DNA of 64,000 bases, taken from NCBI RefSeq assembly GCF_009914755.1, contig NC_060930.1; one strand, given 5' to 3'. Below, one piece after another: positions 12,961 to 28,324 of the stretch. The DNA comes from the human T2T-CHM13v2.0 reference genome, Homo sapiens. How positions within the stretch are numbered: the stretch's first letter is position 1; the number at the start of each line of letters is the position of its first letter. Both the position numbers and the translations under genes were made by a program. The notes under the pieces are model-generated. The model worked only from the letters and a program-made list of their open reading frames with translations, searched no databases and was not told the DNA's origin.

Positions 12961-14574
12961 CATTAACCTAGACCACCTCCCCTGAGGGTCTTCTCTCTTT
13001 AGTTATGTGTGCTGACACTTGGTAACAATAAATGCAAAGCCATGCGTTCACCACCAGGTAGAGGCTGAGGTGTGTAAAGAAAGCATTTGCCAACAACACG
13101 GACAGAAGAGAGAGAATGTGCTTCTGCGCTACAGGGGTCCAGATTAGATTAGAGCAGAGACAGGAATGGAACCTAAGAGTTAGAAACAAAGGTGGGGGGC
13201 ATGAGAGACACCAGGCAGAAATGAGCATGGTCTCTTCATGTCAAAGCCCCACACTAAAAAAGCCTGATGCCGCCCTGGGTTTAGAGCAAAACAAAAATTC
13301 CACTGCTTTTCTCCAGCTGGAGATGAATGGTTTCACAGAGGGAACCCTGGCTGAAGAAAAAGCATCTTTGATTTGGTTAATTAACGTAGCTTTCTCGAAA
13401 ACACTGATCAGCTCCTCGAGTGCCAGCAGGATGGCCATGATCCTGAACTTTATACTTATGAGCAGCTTAAACACAGGCCACTGGCTGTGTGCCCATGGAT
13501 TCATTCTATGCCCCACCCCCCCAACCCCCGACACTATGAGGCCGTGAGACTCCCAGACTTCCTCAGGCAGGACTGGGCTCTGGGGGGCATTATTCAAGGA
13601 AGTATTGCCTTTGAGGATGGCAAGGAACACTCAGAGCCACCTGACATGGGAACTCTGGGGTTTGGGATACTACCAAGGGACCTTTGCTTGGTATCTGTTC
13701 CCTTCAGAGCACTCTTTTCTATGAAAGGAACCCAAGTCACAGAATTAGAAAGAACTCTCTGGGTCTTATTAATGCTACCACCATGACTACTAACAGAAAC
13801 ACAAATATTCCTTAGGGTGTGGAGACTGAGGGAGACCATGTTTTCAGGTCAATGGGACCTGCATGAGTAGAGTGAGTCTGGAGGTACATAAAGACTTTAT
13901 CTACAACTACTTAGCTCATGAGTCTGGATAGTGAGAGTGCAGAAAGAAAGAGACACCTTGAAATCTTCTTATTCCATCCTGGCCAACATTCGTTCATACA
14001 TGCAGTCAGCCCAGAAGCTCAAGGTCAGTGATGGAGACTGACATAGATGGTGATCTCCGACAGGTACCTGTGTCTGCGGCAGGCAACAAGGGCAGGCTAG
14101 CAGATAAGGAGGTGGGTGCCTGTGGATACGGGGAGAGGGCTCAGGCTTGAAGAGGAGCAGGAGCGGAGGAGAGAGGGCTGTGTGGTGGCCTCCACAACGC
14201 ACCATGTTAAGGATGCCACTGAGGCACTTGCAGAAACAGATACTGGGTCACGTGCCTAGCATTTTCCCACTGGGGGAAGTGGAAGGATTAAGCTACCTTC
14301 ACAGTGGGACGCAGGAGGCGCTCACAGGCCAGTGAAGTGAGGGCTCTTGGGAAATACTTCCCAGAGAAGATATTCCCTGAGCTGGGTTGTGAGGAACGAG
14401 CAGAAGGTAGGGAGACGAAGTGCAAGGCTAACAGTCCAGATGCAGACAGCTGTTCAAGGACCCAGTGGTGTTAGAGAACCTCCCAGAACTGCCCCGTTTA
14501 GTACGGCTGGGGGCCAAGTGGAACTCTCTCGTTTGCTGAATGTGGACCCCCCAGGTGCAAAGCAGTCATCGCCA

Positions 14575-15062
14575 GCTGAGCATGAGCTTTGGAGTCAGAT
14601 CCAAGCTGAGGCCGGGCACGGTGGCTCATGCCTGTAATCCCAGCACCTGGGAGGCCAAGGCAGGTGGATTGCTTGAGCTCACAAGTTCGAGATTAGCCTG
14701 GGCAATATGGTGAAAGCCCATCTCTACAAAAACCAGCCGGGTGTGGTGGTGCATGCCTGTAGGCTCAGCTACTTGGGAAGCTGAGGTAGGAGGATGGCTT
14801 GAGTCCGGGAGACAGAGGCTGCAGTGAGCCAAGATCATACCACTGCACTCCAGCCTGGGTGATAGAGCCAGACCTTGTCTCAAAACAAAACAAAACAAAA
14901 TGAAAACACAGATCCAAGCTGAATTCCAGTTCTGCCACTTACTTCCTGGATGCCCTGAACCTCACTGGGCCTAGGTTCCATGATGTATAAGCCTGTTGAA
15001 TGATATCGACCAATGCTAAAGATCAGAGATAAAATCAGTGCCTGATGTTGGGTAAGTGCCCG
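14575..15062 (+). mobile_element. MIR interrupted by an AluJ
   Basis: 'gagctttggagtcagat' before the Alu continues as 'attccagttctgccacttact' after it. Confidence 0.7.
14610..14908 (+). mobile_element. AluJ with 14-bp TSD
   Basis: Dimer with (CAAAA)n tail; TSD cagatccaagctga at 14596-14609 and 14909-14922. Confidence 0.95.
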
Positions 15063-16703
15063 ACAGACAGCAGCTCCTGCCACTGCACAGTCAGTGACGG
15101 CTCTACTGGGGCCCAGGGGATGCAGTTAGACCCCAGAAGGATGTACCAGTCCATGGCACCAGCTCGGCAGCACTGTTGCCCAAGGCTCCCCCACATCACT
15201 CTTCAGTTCTAGCAATCTGCTGCCCTCCTCATGCAGTTGGTTCCCGACAGCCTGGAATATGCTTCCTCTTCTTCACTGAAACTGTGCCCGTGGAGAAGCA
15301 CATGGGATTTAGGGTCACAGAGACTTAGGTTGACACTAGATTCACCACGTTTGAGGTGGCTTGGTGTCCTCATCCTCAGGCATGCCACACCTGCAGGTGT
15401 GTTATGCACCTGTCACGGGGTAAGGCCTTCCACGTATGCTCGCTCTCCTCCTGCCTCAGGTCCCTCTTTAAGTGTTGGCCACTCCCCAGCCTTGAACCTC
15501 CCTGACCTCTCTGCTGAGCGGCTCTCTGAGGCTATCCCATGCCCGTGGAACATGCTGGATGTGGCTGTGCCTTCTAGGTGCCCGTTTTGGAGAGAATACA
15601 TTTCTTATAAACAGCAGGGCAGGCTGTCTCAGGTGTGGTTCCAGAGCACATGGAATGTGCCCTTGCATCCCCACAGCGCAGGCCCAGGGCTGCCGACACA
15701 GCAGCCAACCAGACACACGGGGAGCTCATGTTCTACTGTGGGGGCACTGTCAGTAAACAGGCAATCAAGGAAACAATCAGGTGGTTACAAGGCCTCTGAT
15801 AAAAAGAAAATTGGGTAATGGGGGGGGTCACGAATGCCAACACGGTACTGTTTAGGCAGAGTTATGATTGACAGTGGGGGCTGCCCTGGGTAAAGCTTGA
15901 GGTGGAGGGAGCAGGCTGGGCTAGGGCCCTGAAGGGCCGGCTGGTTAGAAACCCTGAAGTCCAGAGTGACCCCATGGGGCTGGGGTCAGGGAAGCTGTTA
16001 CAGGTGGCGTTGGCTCCACAGCTGTGAGAATTATTTCTGGCTTCCTCAGGAAAGATCCCTGTATATATTTCTTCCTCTGGGTGCTCATTAGACCCTTTGC
16101 CTGCAGATGGTCTTAGGAGTTCCCTTGGGGAAACTGGTGGCTACTCACATGCTGGAGATTGGACTGGACTCATTTTGGGACATCCTGAGACATGCTGTCA
16201 TTCAGGGGCTTCTGGGGCTCAGTGAGGTCCTCATCCATTCCTGTGCACCCTGGAGGTCCTGAAGGATGTAATTCAGGGGCTAGTCTTGTGTTCCTCAGGG
16301 ACAATCTATGTCACTGTCACGTTAGTGAAGATAAATGGAGAGAAATATGCCCTGCCAGCTGGTGGCACTCAGAAAGTGCCATGGAGCAGCACAGCCTGCG
16401 TCTCAGAATGGACAGGAAAAAAGCTTTATCTTCTTCCTGTCAAAGGAGGGAAATACCTTGTGGAAGGTCAGGGTGCCGTGCACCTGGCAAGTGCCTGCCT
16501 GACCCCAGCCTGTGGCAGAACCTGAAGGGCCACTGCGATCTTTATCAGGTGACTCAGTGCTTAGCACTGGGGAAGGGCGGAGCATGGAGCAGGCACAGAA
16601 GGTCCCGTGGAGAGGCCCTGAGCAGCCCAGACAGGAGCGCTCCATTCTGCTGCTCAAGGCATTACCTCCAGCAGTCAGGCGCGTACAGCTCGCGTCTCTC
16701 GGA

Positions 16704-16708
<5 letters not shown>

Positions 16709-16736
<28 letters not shown>
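16709..16736 (+). repeat. (TC)14 microsatellite followed by a pyrimidine-rich tract
   Basis: Read directly from the sequence. Confidence 0.9.
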
Positions 16737-16740
<4 letters not shown>

Positions 16741-17160
16741 CTATCCCTCTTCTCTCTCCCTTTCCTTCTTCAGGATTTAATTAATTGAAAGTCAGGTTTT
16801 TAAATATTGGTCAGCCTCCTGTTGGATATTTGGGGTCTGCCCTGGGGCTCCCCCACGCATCTCTCTGACTTACCTTCATGAAAGGTGAAGCGGAAATACC
16901 CCAACAACTCGGCACACTTCTTTTGTCCCAAACAGTGGAAGCACACTAGGAAGTTCTCAGAACCCCGAAGAAGGCCCTCGTTTCACCTGCTCCTTCAGGA
17001 TGCCCCTGTCCTTTCCTACTGGCCCCTGGCTCAGAAAGATCGCCCTGCGTAGCACTCTCCTTTTCATCCTGTCCTCGCTCACTTGGAACCCTGCTCTTCA
17101 GAAACTAAGGGGAGCGCAGCAAGCCTCAATTCTCTTGAAATCTGGGCAGTTTCCATCTTT

Positions 17161-17472
<312 letters not shown>

Positions 17473-18504
17473 AGTTTCCGTCTTTAAACCTACCCCAAAG
17501 GTTCTATAACTGTTGCTCAGATTTGTCTGAAAATTTTGGTTTTGTCAGGGAGAAAATAAATTTCTCCTTCAAAATCTCCACCTTCCCCCTAAGGTGAAGG
17601 TCAACCTGGTCTTTGTCCTCTAGGTTGGAGAACGGGGTTCCATGGTGACCATCGTCCTGAGTCCTTATGCATAACAGACGTGGAGTAATATTTTGACTTT
17701 ATAAAGCCTGCTTCATGATGGCTTCTTGTGTCTTTGTGAATAGCACAGGTGGGCAGCTGTGCTGGTCCCATGTGGGCGACAGGCAAGCTGGGCCTGGACG
17801 GTCTGTCTCTCCAAGTCCAACAGGAAGATCAGGATGGGCCTCGGATCTCTGCTCCTAAAGCCGGGCCCCACGAAGCCCCTTCCCTTTACTCCTTATGGAG
17901 TCCCCTTCCTCACTGAGTTTTTTCCCCTATTTTAAAATAGCTCTTCACAGAGAATCTTTGGGGGCTTTTAAACAGCCCTGGTCTTAGCAGAGTTAACACA
18001 ACCACATCATGAGGGATCTGCTGACGAGGGGGGCATCCTGCAGAGCCGGTCCATACTTCCTTTTATTTTCTTATCCTGAGTCTCTTCCCCTGAGTCTCCC
18101 CAGAGAAACTGGTGATTCTCAACACATCCTGTGGAGTTTGTGAAAAGTGGAGCTTGGTGAGGTCCTCAGCCAGGTGAGATGTGCCGGAATCTCCAAGGGT
18201 GCCCTCATAGAAGGTGTCTGAGGATTGATTCACCAGACCAGACAAGTGTGGGGGGCAGGGACAGCATCTCACTCAGCTTGGTGTCCCTGAGACCCAGCCC
18301 ATTTGGCAGGACACACAGGCATTGTAAGGAAATGCAATTTCCTTACGCCTTCCTGAAAACGAACCCTGACTGCCCACGGGGCAGCTGAGCCCCCGAGGCT
18401 CTGTTGCTGCAACTGTGCTCATCTCCAGGTGGCTGTCAAGGTGCTCATGCCTTCCTCGGCTCCCATGGCATAAATGAGGCAAGGAGAGCCTTCGAGAGTC
18501 CTTT

Positions 18505-18840
18505 TAGTAGAGTAGGATGTGGTTACCAGGGCCTTAGGCAGTTGTGGGGATGCTGGTCAAAGGATACACACCTATAGCTAGGTGGGGACAGCGGAAGTTC
18601 AGAATCAGCAGATGCATAGAGACAGGGGTGGAGAGGTGACCACCTGGGCCACGGTGGGGGGGACACTGGGGACTGCTAATGGTTATGGAGTTTTTGCCTC
18701 CGGTGATGAAAATGCCCTAGAGTTGATTGTGGTGATGGCTGCACACTGAGCAGACTAAAACCCATTGATCATATACTTTAAGTGGGTGAACTGTATGATG
18801 TGTGAATTATACCTCAATAAAATTGTTTAAAAATTAAAAA
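18505..18840 (+). mobile_element. Old L1 3' end fragment(s) (L1MA/L1MB-type)
   Basis: 'ggtgatgaaaatgccctagagttgattgtggtgatggctgcac...tgtgaattatacctcaataaa'; 18505-18590 looks like a separate 3'-end piece. Confidence 0.75.
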
Positions 18841-19834
18841 AAGTTGAAAGTCTCTTCCCAGCTCCCCTCCCCTCTAAAAAAAAAGTCCTTTTAAAAACCC
18901 TGAGAGGAAACAAAGGAGCAAAGCACCCTGCAGGTGGGCCCTCTCTAGAGGCCAAGCCTGACTCCTCAGCTGACAAGGCTCCCAGGGCGGACGGCCCTTA
19001 CCCAGCCCCCGTTGTCCCCAGACACCTCCCCTCTGAGCCCCAGGGCCCAGCGCTGTGACTGACATTGCCCCGTGTCCTCGGCCTGCTCTTCTGGCAAGGA
19101 ACCCCCGGTCTGAGGTAGGTCAGCACGGCACCTCAGCCTGCAGATACTAGTAGCCTGCAGCCACCAGTATGAGGATCCACTCTTCCTCCAGGGACCCACG
19201 CGGGGAGGGCCCTCCACCGCCAGGGGAGACCCCTGATTCCACCCGAGCGAACGTGTGAACGATAGCGGATGGCACTGCAGCTGTGACTAGGGCCTGTCAG
19301 GTGGACTGCAGATTGCCACCTGGAAGCCCTCTGCTGGGCATCCAAACCTGCCCTCAACACAGCCAGAGCCTTCCTGCCTTCCTGTTGGCGTCTCACCATT
19401 GCCATAAATAGGCTGCATATGAGCCGCTAGGCTGCACTCCCCACAGGCTCAAAACTTTGCTGCTGCCTGCACTTTGCTCCTGCCTTTCTCACCACCTTGC
19501 ACTTTTTCCTCCCTTCCCAAGTTCCCCAGCTGAAATTCTCTCCACTTTAGAAGACCAAATTTGTGCTCTAAGTCAGCCAACATTTCTCAGCATCTCCTGT
19601 CGGGAGGAGCCAGGTACCGTCCCACAGGGAGCTGCTCTAATCCCTGCTGCCCGCCCAGGAAGGAGATCCCAAGGTCCCTGATTTATGGCGAAGAGGAGGG
19701 ACTGTGAGGTTTTCTGGTGACCACAGAGCCAGGGTTCACGGCCACCCCCACTGCCGTTTCTTGCACCTGTACTGTGAGCCTTGCACCCACTGCAAGCTCT
19801 GACAGCTTTGGCTCTCAGGGCCTGGCCAGCACCT

Positions 19835-19934
19835 ACATTCTGCAGATGAGGAAGCTGAGGCTTAGTGAGTAACTTGCCCAGAGTCACGAGGTTAGGAAGT
19901 GGGGTGTATCAGGATGAGATTCAGACTCTGGTCC
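19835..19934 (-). mobile_element. MIR fragment
   Basis: 'tgcagatgaggaagctgaggcttagtgagtaacttgcccagagtcac'. Confidence 0.75.
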
Positions 19935-20237
<303 letters not shown>

Positions 20238-20249
20238 TGCTTGATTCTT

Positions 20250-21430
20250 ATACCCTGTCATCCAGCACACTTCCTTCCCCAAACTGAATGCAAGCCCCCC
20301 ATGGGCAGAGAATCTATGGTGCCCATTTTCAGTCACCCGTGCTGTGCCTAGCATAGCTTCCTGCACCCATCAGCGCTAAAATATCCCACGGATGCTGTCT
20401 TGATGGCAGAAGGCACTTTTCAATCACTGTGCAAATGGCGCCTTCTACCCCCATGATGGCATGTGCACGGCATGCTCGAGTGCCCGGGGACGCTCACCCT
20501 GTCCTCCTGGAGGTCCGGAGCCCTCGCCTGGTGTTCCCTGTGCTGTCCTTGCCTTGCCTCACTTGCTCTTTTCCTCCCACTCTCCGGGTCCAACCTTGGC
20601 TTTAGTGTCTCTGCTTTCTGCAGGCTCTCCTGGGGCGGGCCCCTTTCTGCAGACAACTTCAACTATGGCCTCTATGTGAGGACATCACTCTATCTTCAGC
20701 CTTTGCCTTTCTCCTGGATTCCAGGGCTGCATTCTTCTTTCCAGCCTGACAACTGCAGCCAGTGCCCATGGCCACCGCAGCGTCACCCTGTCTACAGCAA
20801 GCATCTCCTGTGAGAAGTCTCCACATGCAACTTCGCTTCTCTCTAGCACAGTGTCCCTCTCATTTCTCTGAGGACTTGTTAACAATCTGTGGTTATTTTG
20901 CCAATCCACCCACTACCCTGTCGTCTGCCTCCCTAGAACATCAGTGCTGAGTGCACTATATGGACCTCTGTCTTCAGGACCTGGCACTGTGCCTGGCACG
21001 CAGAGGCACTCGATCGGTATTTGCAGAATGCCTCAAGGGATGTTTAAAACTGAAGTCAATGTATCTCCCCCCAACTAAATGCAATTGTTCTTTTCCTGTT
21101 GCACTGTTACCATTCCTCTCACTCACTCCCATCCTTGAGATTTAAAATCTTAGCCACCTTTAGCTCCTTCTTCTCTATTTTGCCACTTCCAGTACCTCTG
21201 GCACCCAGGCTTTCCTTGCACCTCTTCTGCATCACTGCTGTGGCCCAAGCCCTCAGTTCCCGTGTCCTTGGAGGATGACAGCATCCTCCCGCTTCACAGA
21301 CCAGCCCTCCCCTGCTCTGGGGTCCGTGCTCATTCCACCTAGGGCTTTTCTGTGACAGTCCCTTAGTCAGGACCCTCCATTACTTGCCAAATAAAAGCCA
21401 AACTCTCACCCTGACCTCCAATATCTGACC
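20250..21430 (+). mobile_element. Several L2 fragments, including 3' ends near 20390 and 21030
   Basis: 'gtgcctagcatag...' and 'cctggcactgtgcctggcacgcagaggcactcgatcggtatttgcagaatg'; boundaries approximate. Confidence 0.55.
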
Positions 21431-21436
21431 ACTGTG

Positions 21437-21687
21437 TTTTGAGACAGGGTCTGGCTCTGTCACCTAGGCTGGAGTGCAGTGGCACGATCATGGCTCACTG
21501 CAGCCTCCCAAGCAGCCGGGACTACAGGTTCATGCCACGGCACGTAGCTAAATTGTGTTATGTTTTTTTTAGAGATGGATTTTTGCCATGTTGCCCGGGC
21601 TGGTCTCAAACTCCTGGGCTCAAGCAATCCACCCACTTTGGCCTCCCAAAGTGCTGAAATTACAGTCATGAGCCACTATGCCCAGCC
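21437..21687 (-). mobile_element. AluJ with ~38-bp deletion in the right arm
   Basis: 'ctcactgcagcctcccaagcagc' joins the two cagcctc copies of the consensus; J-type 'ctcctgggctcaagcaatcc'. Confidence 0.9.
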
Positions 21688-24600
21688 CAGTATCTTTCAA
21701 TATGATCCCAACCTCCTTTTCCAGGTTTATTTCCCATTTTTTTCCACCTATATCCTGCATTCAGGAAAAGTCAGATTAACCAGGAATCAGGCATAGGCTG
21801 AAGACTCCCCACTTCTGCACATTTAGAAAACTCCCTGAAGAGGAATTCATTGAATGCCTGGGTCCTGGGCACCCCATGTGGTGGGGGGTGGGGTGGGGAG
21901 GTTAGTTCAAAAGCCAGGTCAGAGGGGGCCTACTGGGCTCACTCAGTCTCTTACAAAAAGACCACCTTGATGGCTCCTGTGGGCACGGGTGGTAGCCAGG
22001 CCTCTTGCCCCTTCCTTGCCCTGGCTAGGGAGGAAGGATGGCGGAAAGGGCTGGACTGCTTTGCATAAAGGTGACAAGGGCTGCTCAGGGCAGCTGGGCA
22101 GGTGCAGAGGGAGAAGAACTCCATCCCCTCCCAGAGGAACCAGTGTTCTGCAAGAAACAATGACCAGGAAGCTTCGAGAACAGGCCTGTCCACGATGTGG
22201 CTTTAAAGTGGTTTCTTAACCAAGACATAACCCCTCCGCTGAACACCTGCAGTTATAGAACATCTTATTTGCTGTGGAACGTAGGAAATGGAGGCTGCAG
22301 GGCATTCGGAGTTTCACTGGAGCCAGGTGATTCTCAGAGCTACTGGGGAGACATGGGGTTTCCTGCTGGATGGGAACAGGAATTTAAGCAGCTTCTCCCC
22401 ACCCCCAAATCCTAAAAAAAGAGTGTCCCCAGCAGGCTGAAGGGTCTGGAAGCTGATACCTGGGATACTGAAATAAGAATTAATACCTTCAGCTATACCA
22501 GAGGATATGGTCACTCTCTCAAGAGATATATTTTGAGTACTCACTACAGGCAAATAGGTACTAGACTCTGAACAGGGTGGCTAATGAACAAGGTCAAGGG
22601 GACACAGACACATATGCCAGTAACTGCCATGTAGTGTGACAAGACACTGACTTAGTTCCTGGGCACAGTGGAAGGAAAGTAGGAAAGGGTGTGAGTCCTC
22701 ACTCTTGTGTGGAACGGAATGCTCTGGAGAGAAGGAGTCATCTGGGCTGAGTCCTGAGGAATCTCGGACACATTCTCAGGCCGGAGTGGGGGAAGGACAA
22801 GCCCTTCCTTCCTCCTGGAATGTCCTTCTCAGCATCCGGACCTACCGACACTGTACTGATCCCTCCAGTGCCAGCCGAATGCCACCTCCTCTCAGAGTAC
22901 AACGATGCTAGCGGTCTGGTCTTCCCTTGAACCACAGCTGTTCTCATCTCAGGGACCAGCACAGTTCCCACATCCCTGATGCTCGGGTGCTCTGTACCTG
23001 CAGGGGCTTCTCGACGGTAAAGGAACTCGGTCTTGTTCATTAGCCACCCTGTTCAGAGCCCATACCTATTTGCCTATAGTGAGGACTCAAAATATATCTC
23101 TTGAGAGAGTGAGGACATCCTCGCCTAAAGCTCTTTCTCCTGATTAGATGGAATAGGCCTGGGGCTCTGTAATTTGGGCAATGGCTTATCATATCCTCTC
23201 TCCTCAGGATCTCCTCACTATTACTCTTCAGAAGTGACAATATAAACAGTGTGGTTGTTCTGTGTGGCAGATAGCAGTGGAAGTTACGCTGGATACATTT
23301 CATGTTTCCAATATATCTGGACATTTCAGGTTCTACCTTGGTCGGAAGGAAACCTTTCTCTCCAGCGTCATGCTTTCTGATGTAGCTGCCCACTTATTTG
23401 AAGCTGCCTATGATCTGTACTCAGTAACACAAGAGACTCTAAAGATTATTTTACATCACCACTAAGGGCAGCTCCATAAAGTATGGCTTAATTTCACAAC
23501 TAGCCTCACAATGCTACTGTAATTTATGTGGGGAAAACTTAGAACAAGTATCAATAGCAAGGAATCATTTTGAACACGTAAAGAATATGCGATGAAGTCT
23601 TCCTCTGCACACAAAAAAGCATGGCTCTTGCCTCCTTCTTTGCAAAGAGAACTGTCAGATCCGTTAGTTTCATAATACTTTAATCATACATTGTCTAGCT
23701 AATTACCACTCCCAAATAATGAAATGTAACTTTCAACGATTTAGAATGCCACAGTTTTTTGTAAAATAGCTCCGTTTTACTGGTCTAAGTTTAAACTATT
23801 ACGGCGATCACTGGCCTGCTGCCTCCCTGTTTGATTTCTCCACTAGCTGTCCCAGAGATCTTGCTGATAAAAGATCTAAAACATACAGTCTTCCGAGAGC
23901 TCTTATTTGACTTTTTTGCTCCACATTTCCAGATATAATGGTTCTCAAGGCAACACTATACAGAATCAGAGAGAGAACATGAGCTTACGTTTAAGGCAGT
24001 CATTCACATTTACACACATATAATTACAACTCTTATTTTTAAAAAGTGTAAATTTATGACACTGTCCTTCAAATATTATTCATACATCAGGTTTTGGGTT
24101 ATGCTGCAAATCACTTGCCAGTAAGTCTAGGGTTCATGGGGCAGGAATGACACGTTAACCCTGTCTAGCCACTGGGGGTCCTGGTTTGGAATAATACTGT
24201 GATGTACTGTCAGGAAGTAAGCTTGGGTACTAGGAAGACATTAGCCGATTACTCTTTTGGGGTTTTATACAGTCTTGCTGTGATTCACCTCAACCCGTGT
24301 TTCAAGTGTATGTCATTAACTCTTCACAGACAGGAAAACTCAGTCTCAGAGGTCAATGACTTGCCTTTAGTTCAAATTGAGGTCAGAATATCTGATAATT
24401 TCCCAACTCTAAATTTAACTCATGATACTTATGCCATGAACATTAAAACTGACTGTACACTGTGCATCCAGCCTATTTCAGGACACATTTAATAATACAC
24501 TTTAATTTTGCTCATAATACGCCATTAAAGCAAGAGTCCTAGAGGAATTGAAATCTGCTATCTTTGCACCTTGTAACATGAAGGCACGTTATCCAAGGCA

Positions 24601-25009
24601 CAGATGCACTAGATCCAAATGCTCCTGCCCTAATTACTGCATCTTTATGTGCAGGCCAAAGGGCATCTTTTTCCCTTTGCTACATTCCAACTCATTCTCA
24701 AACACAAGGCCAATGACCCCAGGTTCTTTCCAAACTGTCTCTTCTTTAGTTTTAAAGAAAGTTTATTGCCTCCTTCTCCAATCAAGACATTTTTACTGCA
24801 CTTCGAAGACACCCCTTAGATATCATGCTCCTGACAGCTCTGCAGGAAAACAGTTTTAGGTGACTTGTCACTTTATGAGGGTGGCCAGTGCCTGGCTTCA
24901 CAGTTTTCTAAATCCCTCTGTCAAGAGAGGCCTTGAAAGAGCAGACTGGAACTTTCCAGCAGTCTCCTGGCCAGTGAATGTGCACCTTGCCTTCTGAAAG
25001 TAACTTCCG

Positions 25010-25130
25010 AAGTGATGATCTTGCCGTCTGACCTTGGGCAAGCAACGACTTCCACGGCCTCAGTTTCTTCAGCTGTAAAGTGGCAATGCTGGCCGTAATC
25101 ATCTAGGTTCCCTCGGCCACGCAGCTCTGA
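25010..25130 (+). mobile_element. MIR-family fragment
   Basis: 'tgaccttgggcaagcaac...ggcctcagtttcttcagctgtaaagtgg'. Confidence 0.7.
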
Positions 25131-25576
25131 GATGGCCTCCTTTTCCTTTCCTCATCTAGCTCGTGGGGACTGGTGCCAATACTATCAGCAACTGCATTTA
25201 TCGTACCAAGAGTTTTAACTTTCAGGGCAGCCGTGAGCCCAGCAAAGACTGACAGGATCATCTCCTGCCCATGGCTCTGACAGCTCTCTTTTGATCCAAC
25301 TCATGCCCAGGAAAAAAAAAACCAACCATTAATTATATGCTTATTTCTTCCTTTAAAGACATAAGAGACTCCTTAGGTTCTCAGCCCTCCTGGTGTGTCC
25401 CATCAGATGGCTTGGTACAGTGGCACCTTTTAAGAACGTGTGAAATATTCCAGTCCGTTCAGATTCAGGCAGAATCCAAATCACTCAAAGCCTTCTCCTA
25501 CCAATTCTTCGTTCATTTTAATGGTCAAGCACAGAGGAAAAACCCTCTTAACCCTTACTGTCTACTGATTAAACAC

Positions 25577-25883
<307 letters not shown>

Positions 25884-26629
25884 AATTTTCTATTCTCATC
25901 CTCTGACTCTTAAGATTAAATGCTCTAAAGAATAAAACAGTCTTGTTAGATTGAAAAGCAAATGAGTAGATGAATGAAACAGAAAAGTACTCGGCAACCC
26001 TGCCATGTCCCCTGAGAAGGCAGGGCCAGCTCTACAGTGAAGATTGGTGAGTGGTTTTCCTGGGCCCTGCATGGGAGGAAAATTAGGCTTGTCCTGAGTG
26101 GGTGCACCTGCCCTGCTGAGCTGCTATCTGGATGACGATGGCCATGCTGGGCCGCAGCTCCACCAGGAGTGTGGCATTGTGCTTGGTTTGATGGAGCAGC
26201 CCACACCAGTGGCAGCATGCACCCCTTCTCACTGGGTCATCAGCTCACACCCATCATGCTGGTTTGGAAAATTCAATGACAAGTTCAAAGAGTCCGGCTG
26301 GTGTGAGGGAGCAGCCTGGCATGGCTCACTAAGGCCCAGCATGGTGTCTCACAGGAATAGTTCTGTGCACACTGTCCTGGGACTGGCATCTCAACCTTCC
26401 TGGCAAAGAACAGGGAAGGGAGGTAGATGTTCTCCTGGAGCCTCCTTCTCAGATGCTCTGTGCATCTTCACTTCCAGGGCTGGTGTCACCAGGGTCCTGG
26501 CCATCCCATGGGCACACCCTCCTTTAACTAGAAGAACAGTTGTTGGGGGCCGCACCCAGGGCGTGGGACATACTTGGCTCATCCTGTCCAGGTCTGAAGC
26601 TAGACTTTTGCCCTGGCCCTCATCTCTGT

Positions 26630-26835
26630 TCTGGGAGAAAACAGATTCAGATGTGAGCCTGTGGTTGGCATCACACAAATGTGACTGTTCAGTTTTTACC
26701 ATCTTTGAGGTGATCTCCGTGCCAACCTCTCCATCCTCAGATAGACCCATGAGCCCTACCCCACAGAGTTGTAAGGAAGTAAATGAGATAATGTGTATGC
26801 AAAACCCCTACACCTGGCACTCGATAAACAACAAT
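26630..26835 (+). mobile_element. MIR fragment
   Basis: 'cctaccccacagagttgtaaggaagtaaatgagataatgtgtatgcaaa...cctggcac'. Confidence 0.7.
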
Positions 26836-27093
26836 ATTCGCTTGTTCCTATTTAAAAGTATAGCTGCCCAAATGCCTTGTTTTTCAAGGGTGCTTTAGAG
26901 ATAGAAACAATGAACTTCAACATCACACACTCAGTCGGGTGTCTCCTGCACTGCACGTGCTGGGGAATGAAAGTTCCTTGTTTGATGTTTTCTCTGCTGG
27001 CAGCAGTGCAGAACTCAGAAACGTTAATCTGAGCTTTCTCTTGGTGGAACTGAGAGATCTAAGATCAGAAATCTTCTAAGATTATCCTTAACA

Positions 27094-27808
<715 letters not shown>

Positions 27809-28324
27809 CCTTAATAAACTGGATTTCTTTCTGGCCAGCTCAGACACTGAGGTCTCCCTCCTGTCCGGACCTGCTGTTTGTCCTGCTTCTGCTTGTGGGA
27901 TGTGTACAGGCTGCCACACTCATGTGTGCTTGCTGGCCTTCTTCCTGCCCTCCTGGGTCACGTGTGTCTGTGTATGTCCCTCTCGATCCCTCAGGCCTGC
28001 ATTGTATTTTGGCCTTCCGGGCCACCTGCAGTCACCCAGGTCTCCGACCCACTAGACACCTGGCCCGCGTGGCTCCTGTTGTCTCCCACAGGTCCTACTG
28101 CTCGGCAGCCTTGAGGAGCACAGATGCATGCCTCCCTCCACAGACCCCCGTGGCACGTCCCCAAGGTGCCAGTGTCACTTCCCATCTACACTCTTATTTG
28201 TACAATTTGTCTTATTGTTTAAACTGGACTGTACACTGCCGTAGGAAAAAGATTAAATTATTTTTCCATGACCACATATACTTCACTTACAAGTACTTCA
28301 CTTATAATAGGCCTTCAAATGCAA

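Noticed and set aside
15231-16788. 195-aa and 198-aa ORFs
   Set aside because: No recognisable homology or exon structure; the second reads through a (TC)n microsatellite.
21568-21600. Shared 'agagatggattttt' variant in the AluJs at 21.6 kb and 49.8 kb, suggesting gene conversion
   Set aside because: Only two shared non-CpG changes beside a T-run; the rest of the two copies differ, so chance is sufficient.
26098-26898. Longest ORF in the track (266 aa)
   Set aside because: Non-ATG start, no recognisable domain, W/C/S-rich composition typical of chance ORFs, and its 3' part runs through a MIR.
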